Below, one piece after another: positions 19,940 through 30,798 of a stretch of DNA of 64,000 nt; position 1 is the stretch's first letter, and each line of letters opens with the position of its first letter. The position numbers were made by a program, and so were the translations under genes. The DNA is from Candidatus Bathyarchaeota archaeon (GTDB taxonomy: Archaea; Thermoproteota; Bathyarchaeia; Bathyarchaeales; Bathycorpusculaceae). The notes beneath the pieces were generated by a model. The model was not told the origin of the DNA. It saw nothing but the letters and a program-made list of their open reading frames with translations, and made no database searches. Location of the stretch: positions 352,001 to 416,000 of the forward strand of contig CAVYES010000004.1 in NCBI GenBank assembly GCA_963767735.1, written 5' to 3'.

Positions 19940-20728
19940 ATGAGTGGATCAGGGGAAATGAAAGTTTCCCAAATATGGAATTTATCTGAAATAGACTTTG
20001 TCTTTCCAAATGGCTTCTCGTTTTTTGAGCCTTATCTTCACTATTTCATTAAAGAAATTCTGGAAATTGGAGGTGAGGTGTATGTATCCAGAACTTCCAA
20101 GGAAGCTGTTTCGGGCATATTTATGTACGACAGCGCTGAGAAGCTCGGAACAATTTACACGCGATCAAGAGAGGTATTTGACTACTTTTATGGCTTAAAT
20201 CCGTTTAATTTCCTCTTCTCTGAATTGAGAACTGAGCTTGAAAACGAAATCTATGATATTTACACTGTAGAGCTTGAGAATCTTGCCCTTGCTCATAGAT
20301 TCAGCTACGAAATTTCCATCGCGGAGAAGGAACACATAGGTGAGATAGAACAATTCATGGCTGCAACCCATCCGGGGATAAACAAGAGGTGGGTAAGTGT
20401 TGCGCTCAATAACGGAGATAGATGCTTTACTGTTAGGCTAAGCAACGAAATCGCTGGGTTAGGCTGGGTTTCACTTGTGAAGGGAATTGGCAGACTGCAC
20501 ACTCTTTACGTTAAGCCTCAATTTAGGAGAATAGGCATAGGTGAAGATATTTTGAATGCGCGACTTCTCTGGCTTAAGTCAAAGCATGCCCACTCAGCAT
20601 TCTGCGAAATTTCCCGTTATAACGTAGCTTCTTCAGGAAATGTCCTGAAAACGCACATGAGGGTATCTGGACAGGTTTTTCAGTATTTTAAGAAGAACTT
20701 GGATAGAAAGAAGGAACTAAAAAGTTAG
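19940..20728 (+). CDS. GNAT-family N-acetyltransferase
   Basis: Acetyl-CoA motif A LYVKPQFRRIGIG in the C-terminal domain. Confidence 0.8.
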   Translation: MSGSGEMKVSQIWNLSEIDFVFPNGFSFFEPYLHYFIKEILEIGGEVYVSRTSKEAVSGIFMYDSAEKLGTIYTRSREVFDYFYGLNPFNFLFSELRTELENEIYDIYTVELENLALAHRFSYEISIAEKEHIGEIEQFMAATHPGINKRWVSVALNNGDRCFTVRLSNEIAGLGWVSLVKGIGRLHTLYVKPQFRRIGIGEDILNARLLWLKSKHAHSAFCEISRYNVASSGNVLKTHMRVSGQVFQYFKKNLDRKKELKS

Positions 20729-20737
20729 TACCTGCAT

Positions 20738-21772
20738 CTATGTCCTTGGAGCTCCGCATATAGGACAGGTCTCAGCTGTGGAGTCTATTAGTGCTCCGCA
20801 GTAGCGGCATTTTACCTTCACAACCTCTTTAATCACGATCTGTTGAACTGGAGGTTGCTTTGGAGTCAAATCAATAGGCTCTGGCGGCGGACCTTGCATG
20901 GGTGGTTGTTGCTGGTTGGATTGTTGTTGGACGGGATGTTTGGGGAGTGTTTTTCTGCTTCTTCTTAAGAGCGCGTAAATGATAATTGCAACGATCACTA
21001 TCAGTAAAAATATTCCAATAATGTAACCAACATATTGTGTTGAGTTTCCTCCGCCTGAATTGCTTGTCGTCGCAGCCGTTAGTGGGTAGCTATTTGAATT
21101 CACATACAAGGTGTCTGTGTAGGTGAACCCAGTTCCAGACGAGTTGGTATCGTGTTCAACGTAGCTGTACCCTATGATGTATCCTGTTGATGGATCAAAG
21201 TAAGCACTCCAAGTATATGCTGCATTGAACTGGCCGTATTCATCGTTTCGCTGATAGCTTGAGGTTCCTTGAGCAAAAATTGCGTTTACGTTCCTGCTCT
21301 CCGAGGGAAGGTAGTAGCTATAATTTTTAGAAAGGACTGTCATCTCGGTGTTTAGAAGCGAAAAGGTATTGCCCTTCGGAATTGAGGTATCCATGTAGAA
21401 CCAGACTGTTGGGTTAACGTATCCTGTTTGGTCGTCAGTTCCGTTGACATAAAGGAAGTTGACTGATGAGAACGTGTAGTTTCCTGACATGCTTCCAGTT
21501 TCTGTCGCGCCAGTGCTGTTGCTCCACGTGTAGGTGTAACTGTAGTAAGCAGATACAATCCCATCTGCACTAACTCCATTCATCGTTTCCTGTCCGTTAA
21601 TGACCGTCTGTTCAGTATATCCTGCATAGTTACCGGTGCCGCTTTCAAGATTCTCAACTTCGTGGTAGCTGAAATAATCTCCCTGATGGGGCACGTAGCC
21701 TGCGACAGCGGGCGCCAGAAAGAGAACCGCGCTGAGTGAAAGTACGACAACAAGAAACGACTTTGAGGTCAG
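20738..21772 (-). CDS. Secreted single-pass membrane protein with Pro/Gln-rich cytoplasmic tail and C-terminal zinc ribbon (probable CTG start)
   Basis: Signal peptide LTSKSFLVVVLSLSAVLFLAPAVAG lies upstream of GTG 21694. Tyr/Thr/Ser-rich ectodomain, TM helix, KVKCRYCG...CPICGAP. Confidence 0.75.
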   Translation of the reverse strand: MTSKSFLVVVLSLSAVLFLAPAVAGYVPHQGDYFSYHEVENLESGTGNYAGYTEQTVINGQETMNGVSADGIVSAYYSYTYTWSNSTGATETGSMSGNYTFSSVNFLYVNGTDDQTGYVNPTVWFYMDTSIPKGNTFSLLNTEMTVLSKNYSYYLPSESRNVNAIFAQGTSSYQRNDEYGQFNAAYTWSAYFDPSTGYIIGYSYVEHDTNSSGTGFTYTDTLYVNSNSYPLTAATTSNSGGGNSTQYVGYIIGIFLLIVIVAIIIYALLRRSRKTLPKHPVQQQSNQQQPPMQGPPPEPIDLTPKQPPVQQIVIKEVVKVKCRYCGALIDSTAETCPICGAPRT

Positions 21773-23325
21773 CCCATGAAACCCCCGACGCCATGCACAT
21801 GGGCAGGGTGGGCGCCCCCAATCCCGCTGAATGTGGAATAGTAAGATGAATGTGCGACGATCAGGGGCGCATAGTATATGAAGAAAAGGTTTGATGGAAC
21901 ATATGTGAACTGCACTGGCGTCGGCGTAATTTTTGCGGTCGGGTCAATTTCCTTTACAAGCCCATTTTTGATTCCGTGAATCATCCTCACTGAGAGGCTT
22001 ATCAATTCAGAACGCTCCAAACCAGCTGCGAAAGACCCAAGCAAAGAATAAGCCTTTTCCATCAAATCAAGAGTCTCATTAGCTTCAAGGGTGGCTATTG
22101 AAGTAAGTATTGCGGCAGCCACAAGGGGATATTCCAGATAATTTTTAAGTCCATCTATAATTATTGTCATCTTCGTCTTCACATCATCTGGCCCCAAATC
22201 TGAAATTGATAAATAGGCAGAAGCAAGTTCGGTATCCTCTGATATCTGGTATCCCCAAGAATTGAACAATGATCTAAACGCTTGGAATTTATCAGACAGT
22301 TGGTAAATTGGGACATTCATTACAGAAAGTATTGCCGCAGATTCATATGAAGAGGTCATTTTGGAAAAATCCATAAATCTGTCAGTGGGAAATGTGCCGT
22401 CAAATCTCTTTCCAAACAAAATAATTGCAGCAACGCCGACCGATAGTTGCTTAGGAACCTTAGCGTCACGCCTGAGCTGGCGATCAAGACTTACCAAGGA
22501 GTCACACAGATTTTGAAGATCAGAATTATTTTGTGATTGAGAGGGATCTGCCTTTGTGGGGGTCATTATTTCCGCTGCCATCATTTTATTTTCAATGGTG
22601 GAGTTGAAATTTTTGAGAAGGCCAAGTGCAAGAAGATACCTTTGACTGATTTGATTCTCGTCGCCTTGAAGCTTCGCCAGTCCAATAGACACGCTCCAGA
22701 GTTGAGATAGATCATAATCCGGAAATTCAGTTCTAAAGCGAGACACATAAAAGCTGCCCCTTGATGCTATGGATAGCAATTCATTGGAGGTTTCCTTGCT
22801 TTCTTGAATGTAGTCCGAGAATTCGTTATTGGAGACCCGGTAATTTCTGACATTGAGGTCGTTTAGCGTGATTACTCCGAGACCGGAAAGTGCCAGATAT
22901 TTGCCGTCACAGGGCACCATTCTGTCAATAATGGATTTCTTTTGAATAAGCTCGTTTATAGCGGAGTTTTTTTCAGCGATGTCGGCTTCTTCTTTGGAAA
23001 CGACATTTCTTTCGTTTTCTTCAGTTTCAAGTTCTGCTTGCTTTTTCTCTTTCGCCTCAAAATGAAACGTGATTGAGTGGGTTTTCTTTTCTTCTTCTTT
23101 AAGAGTGGCGTCTGCGGTTCTTTCTGCGTTCGTCTCATTTTGCAAATCTATGTTCATCTTTGTTAAATTTGAAACTTCGGCTGAAGCCTGATCGTAATCT
23201 TCTTTCTGCATCATCGAAAGGTAGCCTGCATTGTGAAGAAAATCCAAATCAGCTTGTTGAATTTGCGTTGAAATCGACTTTCCAGCTATTTGAGATAGAA
23301 AGTTTCTTACATCATTGCATTTCAT
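21769..23325 (-). CDS. Hypothetical protein: coiled coil, helical repeats and Gly/His-rich C-terminus
   Basis: Long ORF coupled by 4-bp overlaps to both neighbours; tail GIGGAHPAHVHGVGGFMG. Confidence 0.7.
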   Translation of the reverse strand: MKCNDVRNFLSQIAGKSISTQIQQADLDFLHNAGYLSMMQKEDYDQASAEVSNLTKMNIDLQNETNAERTADATLKEEEKKTHSITFHFEAKEKKQAELETEENERNVVSKEEADIAEKNSAINELIQKKSIIDRMVPCDGKYLALSGLGVITLNDLNVRNYRVSNNEFSDYIQESKETSNELLSIASRGSFYVSRFRTEFPDYDLSQLWSVSIGLAKLQGDENQISQRYLLALGLLKNFNSTIENKMMAAEIMTPTKADPSQSQNNSDLQNLCDSLVSLDRQLRRDAKVPKQLSVGVAAIILFGKRFDGTFPTDRFMDFSKMTSSYESAAILSVMNVPIYQLSDKFQAFRSLFNSWGYQISEDTELASAYLSISDLGPDDVKTKMTIIIDGLKNYLEYPLVAAAILTSIATLEANETLDLMEKAYSLLGSFAAGLERSELISLSVRMIHGIKNGLVKEIDPTAKITPTPVQFTYVPSNLFFIYYAPLIVAHSSYYSTFSGIGGAHPAHVHGVGGFMG

Positions 23326-24506
23326 TTTGCTCCCCCGTCAATAATTGGGAATTTCTCAATTAAACGTTCCTCTCCCAGAATATTACCCACGACCAGTTCA
23401 AGACTTTGTCCCTCACGTGCAAGGTCAACAACTTCATCATTCTTTAGAGCCTCTCTAAGAAGATATTCGAACTGCCCTTGTCTGTCTGCCATCTCACCGA
23501 ACCTTTTGGATCGTTCTCGTTCTATCTGTTCATAAGCGTACATGAATTCGTAGAGGGATCTGTATATCTGGTCGTTTATCTTTTCTTGGATATTATTTTC
23601 TCCGACAGTTATCCATTCTAAGCCTTCAAGGTCTACGAAGTAGATGGTGCCGTCGGGAGCGAGGACCGCATCTTTGTCAAGCCAGACATCATAAAAATCC
23701 AATCCACTGTAAGTTCCGTTACCGTTGTTTTTTATTGATCTGGTGAACAACGTTAGGAAGGCGATTCCACTTTTAACGAAGTTTTTCAGAAATTCTAATG
23801 CTTTGTCATTGGTGTCTATTCCAAAGATGTCAAAGATTGAACTTATTTTTCCTCCAACTGTGCTTCCAGAGTGAAAATAAATCCTCACATTGGACGGAAC
23901 TAGCCTTGTTTCCTGAACCATTCTGCCCCTGAATCTGCGATACCAATATAATTTTTTGATTTCATTCTCAAGGCTTTCAGGAAGGAAAACTATTTTCACA
24001 AGGGGCGCGACTCGAAATCCGTGAATGGAGGTAAGGTCGGCCATTTCCGACACTCTTAATGATGTGGTTGCGTGCTGGAGCCCTTGACCCCCATATGGGG
24101 AGCCTCTTAGCCATAATTCGCCTGTAAGGTAACGTGGAGCGATTTCCCCTGAATTCACGATTCTTTCTTTCAATGTGGAATCTTTCAGTAGGCTGCATAT
24201 TTCAGTTTTCCCGAAAAGCTGATGAGAAAATGGACTGGTAGTCGAGCCTACGCCTTTAATTGAAAGGTAAAAATCAGTGCCGTCCATTTTCAAAGAAGGC
24301 AGAGCGGAAACTGCTCCTCTGTTGTCGTCTACAATAAACTCTTTCGTATCCACGGGACTGATATCCATGAACGGTTTCATGCTCTCCGGAAGGTGAATTC
24401 TTTCAAATACAGGCATTTTGAATTCTTGAAAATGCTTGCTTGTCAGAACTTCAGAAGCTTCATAGGTATTTAGATTAAGCGGCAAACCTTTCAATTTCAT
24501 TTTCAT
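23322..24506 (-). CDS. Hypothetical protein with protein-kinase-like (SelO/YdiU-like) motifs
   Basis: LSIKGVGSTTSPFS and DKDAVLAPDGTIYFVDLEG resemble the SelO KGxG motif and the kinase catalytic/DFG region. Confidence 0.55.
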   Translation of the reverse strand: MKMKLKGLPLNLNTYEASEVLTSKHFQEFKMPVFERIHLPESMKPFMDISPVDTKEFIVDDNRGAVSALPSLKMDGTDFYLSIKGVGSTTSPFSHQLFGKTEICSLLKDSTLKERIVNSGEIAPRYLTGELWLRGSPYGGQGLQHATTSLRVSEMADLTSIHGFRVAPLVKIVFLPESLENEIKKLYWYRRFRGRMVQETRLVPSNVRIYFHSGSTVGGKISSIFDIFGIDTNDKALEFLKNFVKSGIAFLTLFTRSIKNNGNGTYSGLDFYDVWLDKDAVLAPDGTIYFVDLEGLEWITVGENNIQEKINDQIYRSLYEFMYAYEQIERERSKRFGEMADRQGQFEYLLREALKNDEVVDLAREGQSLELVVGNILGEERLIEKFPIIDGGAK

Positions 24507-24805
24507 GAGAGTTCTACACTTCGTAAGGAGGGTTCAACTCTTAAATCTAATGCAGCCTTTAGAAAAATCTGCAAATAAACAGACTTCCACAAAACCAACC
24601 CGACAAACCCAAAAGCCGCAACTTAAAAATTCAGCAAACCAACCCAAAAAAATAGGCTTAGTATTTTTTCTTCCACGTTGTATTCGGCTAGTCAACACAA
24701 AATAATTATTGTTTTCCAGAAAATCCTTAGAGAATCCGATAGGTCAAATGGATATGTTTTTCACTACACACATATCGTTAATTCTAATTTCTGATTAATT
24801 GTAAG

Positions 24806-25108
24806 ATGATAAGTATGAGGCGTTCAAAACTAGAAATGTACGTTGACATCCTCAGCGTTCTGGCCCAAAGAGGACCACTAAAACTAACACACGTTATGTA
24901 TAAAGCAAATGTTAACTGCTGTGTCCTAAAAGAGTACCTTGACTTCCTCAAGAAACAGGGCTTAGTGGAAGAACGCACCATGAGAAAACAACGCGTAGTT
25001 TACGCCGTTACACAGCGCGGAATAACCGTTCTCAAATACTTTAAAGAACTAAAACAGGTACTGCCCATAGTAGAGGAATCACGAAACCAAACACCAATCC
25101 CCTACTAA
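24806..25108 (+). CDS. Archaeal winged helix-turn-helix transcriptional regulator
   Basis: RRSKLEMYVDIL...THVMYKANVN...YAVTQRG pattern. Confidence 0.88.
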   Translation: MISMRRSKLEMYVDILSVLAQRGPLKLTHVMYKANVNCCVLKEYLDFLKKQGLVEERTMRKQRVVYAVTQRGITVLKYFKELKQVLPIVEESRNQTPIPY

Positions 25109-25401
25109 ACCGCACTAAACCACAGTTTCTTATTTCTTAACGCATGTACATCAAACAGAAAATCTATTTTTAGCCTGCTCTTATCAACCAGTTTATCCAA
25201 TTCTCGCTTCAGAATAGCTGATTTAAGAAAAAAAAACTATAATTCAGCGCAAAAAAAGCGTTTCAATTTAATAGATAACATGGAAATAAACTAAGCGCTC
25301 GCTACACAAAAGATTAGAGAAAGTTTAACATATTATTAATTGAGAATGACAAAAAAACTGCGTTAACATTAACTTTCATATTTGTACTCCTAGTATCCAC
25401 G

Positions 25402-27771
25402 ATGGTTGGAGTTACTACCTTGCATTTTGGAAAGGCTCAAAGTGGCACAAACGTTAATGGCATAATCACTTCAGACACTACATGGACTCAAGCAAATAGT
25501 CCGTACACGTTAACAGGAAATGTTCTAGTAAATGAGAGCGCTTCCCTAACCGTTGAACCCGGGGCAACAGTCGATTTTAATGGATTCTATATTCAGTTAA
25601 ATGGCTCTTTAATTGCCCAAGGAACTCCTGGTAACCCAATAATATTTAACATTGCAAAAGGGGGGGATACAGGGAACTCAGCAATTGAATTTATGAGTAG
25701 CAGCCAAAGTTGGAATGAAACGACAAAAACTGGCAGCATAATTGAGAATGCAATAATTAATTCCACGTGGAGCAGCATATACCCAACCATACTCATCGAT
25801 GAGGTTTCACCCAAAATAGACAACACCAAAATTACCTGCACAAGTAACCTGTCTTCCAACATAGCAATCAATATTGAGGGATCAAATGCAGCCCCAACAA
25901 TTTCCAACAACTCCATAGTAGGAGAAGTTCAAGCCAGTGGCGGAACTGTTTGCAATAACACGATTACGGGGTCTCTATATGCTGGAATTTATCTTTTTGG
26001 AAACGCAACCGCTTACGGTAACACGATATCTGGATCGTACATCGGAATATATGCGTCTTCACCCAATCTCAATTATTACTCGTCTTCCAGTATACAAGGA
26101 AACTTAATTGTTAATGACACATACGGAATTGAATTGGAAATATACGGTTATGCTGATTCATATTCACGAACGTTAACCACGCAAAACAACACAATCACCA
26201 ATAACGAATATGGAATGCAAATAGAGGCGTATAGTTCATCAGCAATTTACTCAATTTCTAATAATAACATCTACGACAACATAAATTACAACTTCTTATT
26301 GACTGGAAGCATCACTTCAGACATAAATGCAACAAATAACTGGTGGGGAACAACAGACACATCAGCAATCAATCAAACGATTTATGATTTCAAAGATGAT
26401 TTTACTTTAGGCTCAGTTAGTTTCGTTCCCTTACTGAACGCGCCAAATCCTCAAGCTCCAACTTATATTGCTGTTTCCGCTGGCGCCGGCGGTTCAATTA
26501 GTCCGAGCGGAATTATTAGGGTTAACTATGGTGGCAGTCAAAGTTTCACTATAACGCCTGACGTCGGGTATGCCATAGCTGATGTTTTAATAAATGGGAC
26601 TTCTGTTGGTGCTGTTAGCTCTTACACTGCCCAGAACATCCAAGCTGCAACAACGATCTCAGCAACTTTTGCGCCTAATCCAACGCCTACTCCAAGTCCA
26701 ACTCCTTCTCCAACTCCAATATCAGTTTATCCATCGGTTAGATTAGATCCTTCTATCGGTTCAGTAGGAACGGGCGTGGTGGCTGAGTTATCTGGGTTCC
26801 CTGCATACGCTACAATAATTGTGACCTTTGGTACAATTAACGTCGGGACTTTAACGTCAGCCACTGGAAGTGGAAATGTCCAGTTTACTGTTCCGCAGGT
26901 ATCTAACGGCATGTATAACGTAACTGCCACTTGCTCGTCGGGAGGTGTTGCCACAGAAGCATTTTTCGTCGGTCAACAGCTGTTTCCAACTCCGACACCA
27001 GTTCCACATCCAAACGCTACGCCAGCTCCATCATCTACTCCAACGCCAAATCTGCCGTCCCCGAACTTATCTTTCTACTGCATAAGTTCAACAGCATCTT
27101 CTGGATTTAATGTTCAAATTCAGGGTTCATTGACGTATAATGGCGTGGGCTTATCTGATGCCGGAATACAGCTTTCTGACAGTGTCACAGGAGGACGCTC
27201 TTGGCAAGACTTAACTTACGTAAACACAGACAGTAACGGAAGTTTCACCTGTGTGTGGAACCCTTCTGTTTCAGGAAATTACGGGATTGAAGCTACGTGG
27301 CCAGGTGACAGTGACTATTCAAATGCAAGTGCGGTATACAACTTTGCAATAGCGCCCTTCAACAATCAAAATCAAAATGTTTTCTCTGTTACTTCAAATT
27401 CAACACTTACAAGCCTAACGTTTAACTCAGCAACAAATGAGTTAAGCTTCGGCGTCTCTGGACCTTCGGGAACTACAGGCTTAACAAAAGTTTGCATTCC
27501 ACAATCACTAATCCCGGATATTTCTAAAATCAATGTCACTTTAGACGGCAGTACAATTAATTATACTTCCTTTTCAGAGGAAAATGTGTGGATATTAACT
27601 TTTACTTATCACCACAGCAGCCATACTATTGCAATAGCACTTGGGTCAACAACGTCTACCGTTCCGGAGCTACCCTATTGCACACCAGTAATCATAACCA
27701 TTTTCCTATTCGCAACCTCAATAGCCTTAGTCTTTAAAAAATATAGGTCATCTTTTTCATACAGTCCTTAG
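25402..27771 (+). CDS. Secreted surface protein: right-handed beta-helix (PbH1/NosD-like), Ig-like domains, PT linkers, PEF-CTERM-like anchor
   Basis: GI/NN beta-helix repeats, ATNNWWG, PTPTP linkers, VPELP plus TM plus KKYR. The signal peptide extends upstream of 25402. Confidence 0.85.
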   Translation: MVGVTTLHFGKAQSGTNVNGIITSDTTWTQANSPYTLTGNVLVNESASLTVEPGATVDFNGFYIQLNGSLIAQGTPGNPIIFNIAKGGDTGNSAIEFMSSSQSWNETTKTGSIIENAIINSTWSSIYPTILIDEVSPKIDNTKITCTSNLSSNIAINIEGSNAAPTISNNSIVGEVQASGGTVCNNTITGSLYAGIYLFGNATAYGNTISGSYIGIYASSPNLNYYSSSSIQGNLIVNDTYGIELEIYGYADSYSRTLTTQNNTITNNEYGMQIEAYSSSAIYSISNNNIYDNINYNFLLTGSITSDINATNNWWGTTDTSAINQTIYDFKDDFTLGSVSFVPLLNAPNPQAPTYIAVSAGAGGSISPSGIIRVNYGGSQSFTITPDVGYAIADVLINGTSVGAVSSYTAQNIQAATTISATFAPNPTPTPSPTPSPTPISVYPSVRLDPSIGSVGTGVVAELSGFPAYATIIVTFGTINVGTLTSATGSGNVQFTVPQVSNGMYNVTATCSSGGVATEAFFVGQQLFPTPTPVPHPNATPAPSSTPTPNLPSPNLSFYCISSTASSGFNVQIQGSLTYNGVGLSDAGIQLSDSVTGGRSWQDLTYVNTDSNGSFTCVWNPSVSGNYGIEATWPGDSDYSNASAVYNFAIAPFNNQNQNVFSVTSNSTLTSLTFNSATNELSFGVSGPSGTTGLTKVCIPQSLIPDISKINVTLDGSTINYTSFSEENVWILTFTYHHSSHTIAIALGSTTSTVPELPYCTPVIITIFLFATSIALVFKKYRSSFSYSP

Positions 27772-27804
27772 AAGGATTACGCCGAAGCGCTTAAGCGAGC
27801 GCTT

Positions 27805-28626
27805 TCAAAAGTAACTAAAGATTGCTGATGCCAGCAAATCGGCGCCTATTAGAATGAGAGTTATATTGGCGAAATAGCCGAAACCAAGACTAACACTAAG
27901 ACCGTCTGAAGAGTATATTTGAACCCTTGCAAAAAGAATAATCAAGGTTGAGAAAAGTCCAATCGCAATACCTATCATTATATTGAAAGCCCTTAGCGCT
28001 GTGTTAAATTTACCCGCAAAAGCACCAATGATGATTCCGCCCAATTGCATAACTTAATAACCCTACTCCCAAAAGAACATTTAACCATTCATTGCCCTGA
28101 AGCGACCATTTGAAAAAACAGAACAGTTATGGCTGCGGCTGCAATTATTACATTCGTCGCTAGGTTGGCCAATTTTGCATGTTATCGAAAAGTCGATAAA
28201 GAAAGCACTAGACAATCTATAAATTCCTATTATGAGGGTAACAATGCTGAATATTGAAAACGAATTAAAATCAATTTCAATTCCTGTCTCAATCCCAAAA
28301 AATTTTAGGGGGAATAGCAAGATAAAACTCAATATCAGGGCTAAAAGCCCAACCAACGCTCCTGTTGAGTTGAAAACAAAAGGCGTTTTCAATTTTTCTA
28401 TGGGCTTGTTTTTCGCAAGATAGTTAAGTCCCACCGAAACAGCTAGTATCCCAAAAATTAACATTGAAAGCCCAACAAAATAATCTGCTTCGTTTATCGG
28501 AGCAACTCCTGTTGCGTTAGGGACACCTACGGTTGGTTTAGTGAAAAGCCAAAGGTAAGTAGCTAATGCCAGAATGAAGATTCCGAGTGAAGTTAATGCA
28601 ACGCCAACTTTACTGATTTTGCTCAT
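27805..28626 (-). pseudogene. Multiply frameshifted polytopic membrane protein
   Basis: Hydrophobic segments continue in alternate frames (NLATNVIIAAAAITVLFFQ / EWLNVLLGVGLLSYAIGR / IIIGAFAGKF) and link ORFs 28081-28626 and 27805-28050. Confidence 0.55.
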
Positions 28627-28710
28627 TTAAACTTCCATTTATTTCAATGGGTTTATTTAACTTGCGATTGCAACTTTTTTTAACATGTTTATCAAAAAAA
28701 CCGTTTAGGG

Positions 28711-28962
28711 CTAGTATTTTTTTCCTAAACCAAGTTTCTTTTGAATATCTGAAACCTCGTTGGCATTATCAGCCAAGATGTTTAGCCAAAGGTCAAATTC
28801 GGCTTTCGAGATTTCTTTTTGAATAACGCCTTTTTGGTCTCCGGAGAAAAATCTTGATGGTTCATAAGAAAACATTTTTACGTAAAAGATTCGGTCTGCA
28901 ATTACCAGTTTGGAGGAGCAGCCTGATTTTTCAGCCGCACTGTAGTCGATTTCGAAACTCAT
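28711..28962 (-). CDS. Small hypothetical protein
   Basis: 83 aa ORF with normal composition and GAAGGG upstream. Confidence 0.6.
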   Translation of the reverse strand: MSFEIDYSAAEKSGCSSKLVIADRIFYVKMFSYEPSRFFSGDQKGVIQKEISKAEFDLWLNILADNANEVSDIQKKLGLGKKY

Positions 28963-29121
28963 TACTTGCGCCCTTCTTTAGAAGCGTTGACTTATGTTTA
29001 CTTAAATTTTATCTTTTGAAGAGATGTTTTTTAGCTTCTGTGCATCCAACAGACTTGAAACAATAATCTATCTTGAATGTGAATAATTTTTTGCCTAAAC
29101 TTTTTCTTTTGCGAAATAATT

Positions 29122-30798
29122 CTAGCCTTTAGGAGGGATGTCTATTTTTTCTTTTTTGTTGTGTGGTTTTCTGCGGTCAAAAAGAATGTATCCAGCAGCG
29201 AAAGCTATCATTATTGAGGCTGCGACTCCTACAACCGTGACTGTCGGAAAAGGCGCTATGTTAAAGTACACTGTTTTTGAACCTGTGTTACCGATTTGAT
29301 CAGTTGCGTAAACGGTTAAGCGGTGCGAACCAGTAGATAACGCTGGTAAAGTAACGTTTCCGATTATGGTTACATTTTGCTCTCCATCTAAACTGTAAGC
29401 TAACCATTTGACCGTCTTATTTACTTCCAAGGTCAGTTGGATGTCTGTGGAACTATAAGTTTGGTTTAGGGGAAAACTAATAACGATGTTTGGAGCAATC
29501 GTGTCCACAGAAAAGAAAACCCTGTTAGAAACACCCATGTTGCCAAGGCTATCGTTGGCGTAGAGTATTATGTTGTAAGCTCCTTGTGATAGGTTAAACA
29601 GTTGTGTTTCCCCGTTTATGGTTACGTTTCGATGGTTATCTAAACTATAACCCATCCATTCAGTGGCTTTGTTAACAGTAAAGTTCAGGGTTACTTTATT
29701 GTAAGTTTGGTTTTGGGGCAAGTTAATCTGAATTATCGGCGGAGCGGTTCCATAACCAATGGGCGTGTACTCCTCAACCGTGTCTAGCCAGTTTTGGCCG
29801 TCAAATCCTCCAATTGCATATAAAACATCGTTTACGACAGCAACGTCTAGAAATGCACGAGCTGTAGGCATCGAAATGCCGGTACTCCAAGAGTTGCTGC
29901 TTGAATTATAAGCTTGAACAGTACTGCTATAGGAATTCACAAAATATCCACCGATAACATATAGCAGAGAAGGAGCCATCAAGCCTTCAGTGGACGCAGC
30001 AGCCCCAAAAGCAACTGCTGAAGGCAAGTTCGCTTCTAAACTCCATGTGTCAGTTTGAGGATTGTATAGTTGGTTTGAGTCAAAGAAAATGCTGCTTCCT
30101 TGTGAGTGTGAAGCCTGTGAGCCGCCAATGATGTGAATTTCGCCATCTGTCACGGTTGATGCGTAACCATAAACTGCAATCGGTATAGGCGTTCCTGTAG
30201 TCCATGTGTTGGTCGCTGGATCATAAACTTCGGTTAAGTTAGTTTCAATATAATAGGGGCTTATGCTTGAATATTCTTCGCCTCCGATTAAGTAGATTTT
30301 ACCGTTCACCACATTTGCACTTAAGTAAGCTCGGGGAGTAGGCATCGAAGCTTCTGTTCCCCAAGTATTCGTGGCAGGATTGTACACTTCGTTATTTCCG
30401 ACAAACCCGTTGTTGCCGACTGTTCCGCCTATAACATATATTTCGTTATCATAAACGGCGACGGCGCAACCGCTTCTGGCTGTTGGCATAGGCGCTTCAG
30501 TTGTCCAATCGTTTGATTCGGGGTCATACACTTCGTTAACGTTAACAGGGGCATCACCACTCATGCCTCCGATAGCGTAGATTTTTCCGTTCACAGTTGC
30601 CACACTGAGTCCACCTCGCGCTGTGGGCATAGGCGTTATTGAAGTCCACGACGATTGATCTTGGGTTGCTTGGGCTTTGGTGATGGGAAAATAGCTCGCT
30701 GGTAAAACTATTGTTACAATAATAAGCATGGCTATTAGAATTTGAATATGCTTATTTATTGATGAACCCCCACATGCCTCTTTACGTAATAAATGCAC
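29122..30798 (-). CDS. Secreted Kelch-repeat beta-propeller surface protein with Ig-like domains and C-terminal TM
   Basis: Repeats MPTAR...IY(A/V)IGG...EVYDP...W; two YSLD..N.TI domains; PFPT plus TM plus RRK. Start uncertain. Confidence 0.9.
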   Translation of the reverse strand: MHLLRKEACGGSSINKHIQILIAMLIIVTIVLPASYFPITKAQATQDQSSWTSITPMPTARGGLSVATVNGKIYAIGGMSGDAPVNVNEVYDPESNDWTTEAPMPTARSGCAVAVYDNEIYVIGGTVGNNGFVGNNEVYNPATNTWGTEASMPTPRAYLSANVVNGKIYLIGGEEYSSISPYYIETNLTEVYDPATNTWTTGTPIPIAVYGYASTVTDGEIHIIGGSQASHSQGSSIFFDSNQLYNPQTDTWSLEANLPSAVAFGAAASTEGLMAPSLLYVIGGYFVNSYSSTVQAYNSSSNSWSTGISMPTARAFLDVAVVNDVLYAIGGFDGQNWLDTVEEYTPIGYGTAPPIIQINLPQNQTYNKVTLNFTVNKATEWMGYSLDNHRNVTINGETQLFNLSQGAYNIILYANDSLGNMGVSNRVFFSVDTIAPNIVISFPLNQTYSSTDIQLTLEVNKTVKWLAYSLDGEQNVTIIGNVTLPALSTGSHRLTVYATDQIGNTGSKTVYFNIAPFPTVTVVGVAASIMIAFAAGYILFDRRKPHNKKEKIDIPPKG

